A stretch of 14,652 nt of DNA. Source: Verrucomicrobiales bacterium. GTDB taxonomy: Bacteria; Verrucomicrobiota; Verrucomicrobiia; Verrucomicrobiales; V1-33. Below, one piece after another: positions 14,526-14,652 of the stretch; positions within the stretch are counted from its first letter, which is position 1, and the number at the start of each line of letters is the position of its first letter. Position numbers and translations under genes: made by a program. The notes under the pieces are model-generated. The model had not been told where the DNA came from. It saw nothing but the letters and a program-made list of their open reading frames with translations, and did no database searches. Location: positions 1 to 14,652 of the forward strand of contig JANOAV010000152.1 in assembly GCA_031411295.1 (NCBI GenBank), written 5' to 3'.

Positions 14526-14652
14526 CAATGCCTTTAAGGATTGGTGATGGTGATGGTTTTGACGAGCGGTTGGGAGCTGGGGATTTTGGTTTTGGGCCAG
14601 GCTTTGACGGGTTGGCGCAGGGTGCGGGGACAGCTCCTCGGCGGGCGTTCCT
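14526..14652 (-). mobile_element. Right end of an IS4-family insertion sequence (continues beyond window)
   Basis: Terminal-inverted-repeat-like CAATGCCTTTAAG starts at 14526 (compare E. coli IS4 TAATGCC...). The transposase stop codon lies inside it. Confidence 0.65.
14534..14652 (-). CDS. C-terminal end of a probable IS4-family transposase (partial)
   Basis: Manual translation ...ERPPRSCPRTLRQPVKAWPKTKIPSSQPLVKTITITNP*. The R.RSCPR..RQPV..WP basic tail resembles IS4-family C-termini. The DDE core is outside the window. Confidence 0.6.
   Translation of the reverse strand, partial: ERPPRSCPRTLRQPVKAWPKTKIPSSQPLVKTITITNP

Overview
GC-rich bacterial chromosomal window, most likely Verrucomicrobia (inferred from a TGTTC-N4-GAACA LexA-type box and the REP-like repeat types). 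Left to right: (1) a ~1.8-kb IS91/ISCR-like rolling-circle element on the minus strand with an oriIS-like end at ~127, a G-run-rich subterminal region and a perfect SOS-box palindrome just upstream of the transposase ATG, apparently inserted at GTTT into a reading frame; (2) a minus-strand cluster of DUF885 secreted protein, ABC ATPase, FtsX/MacB-type permease and AttH/CrtC-like lipocalin-fold protein; (3) a small membrane protein divergent from a stand-alone AP2-like basic protein flanked by structured RNA-like segments; (4) housekeeping genes (LolD-like ATPase, ilvE, plsC, cmk); (5) two hypothetical genes; (6) two kinds of REP-like palindrome pairs, one apparently interrupted by the right end of an IS4-family element at the window edge. 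No tRNA, rRNA or CRISPR array was seen. All family calls are motif recognition by eye, not database results.
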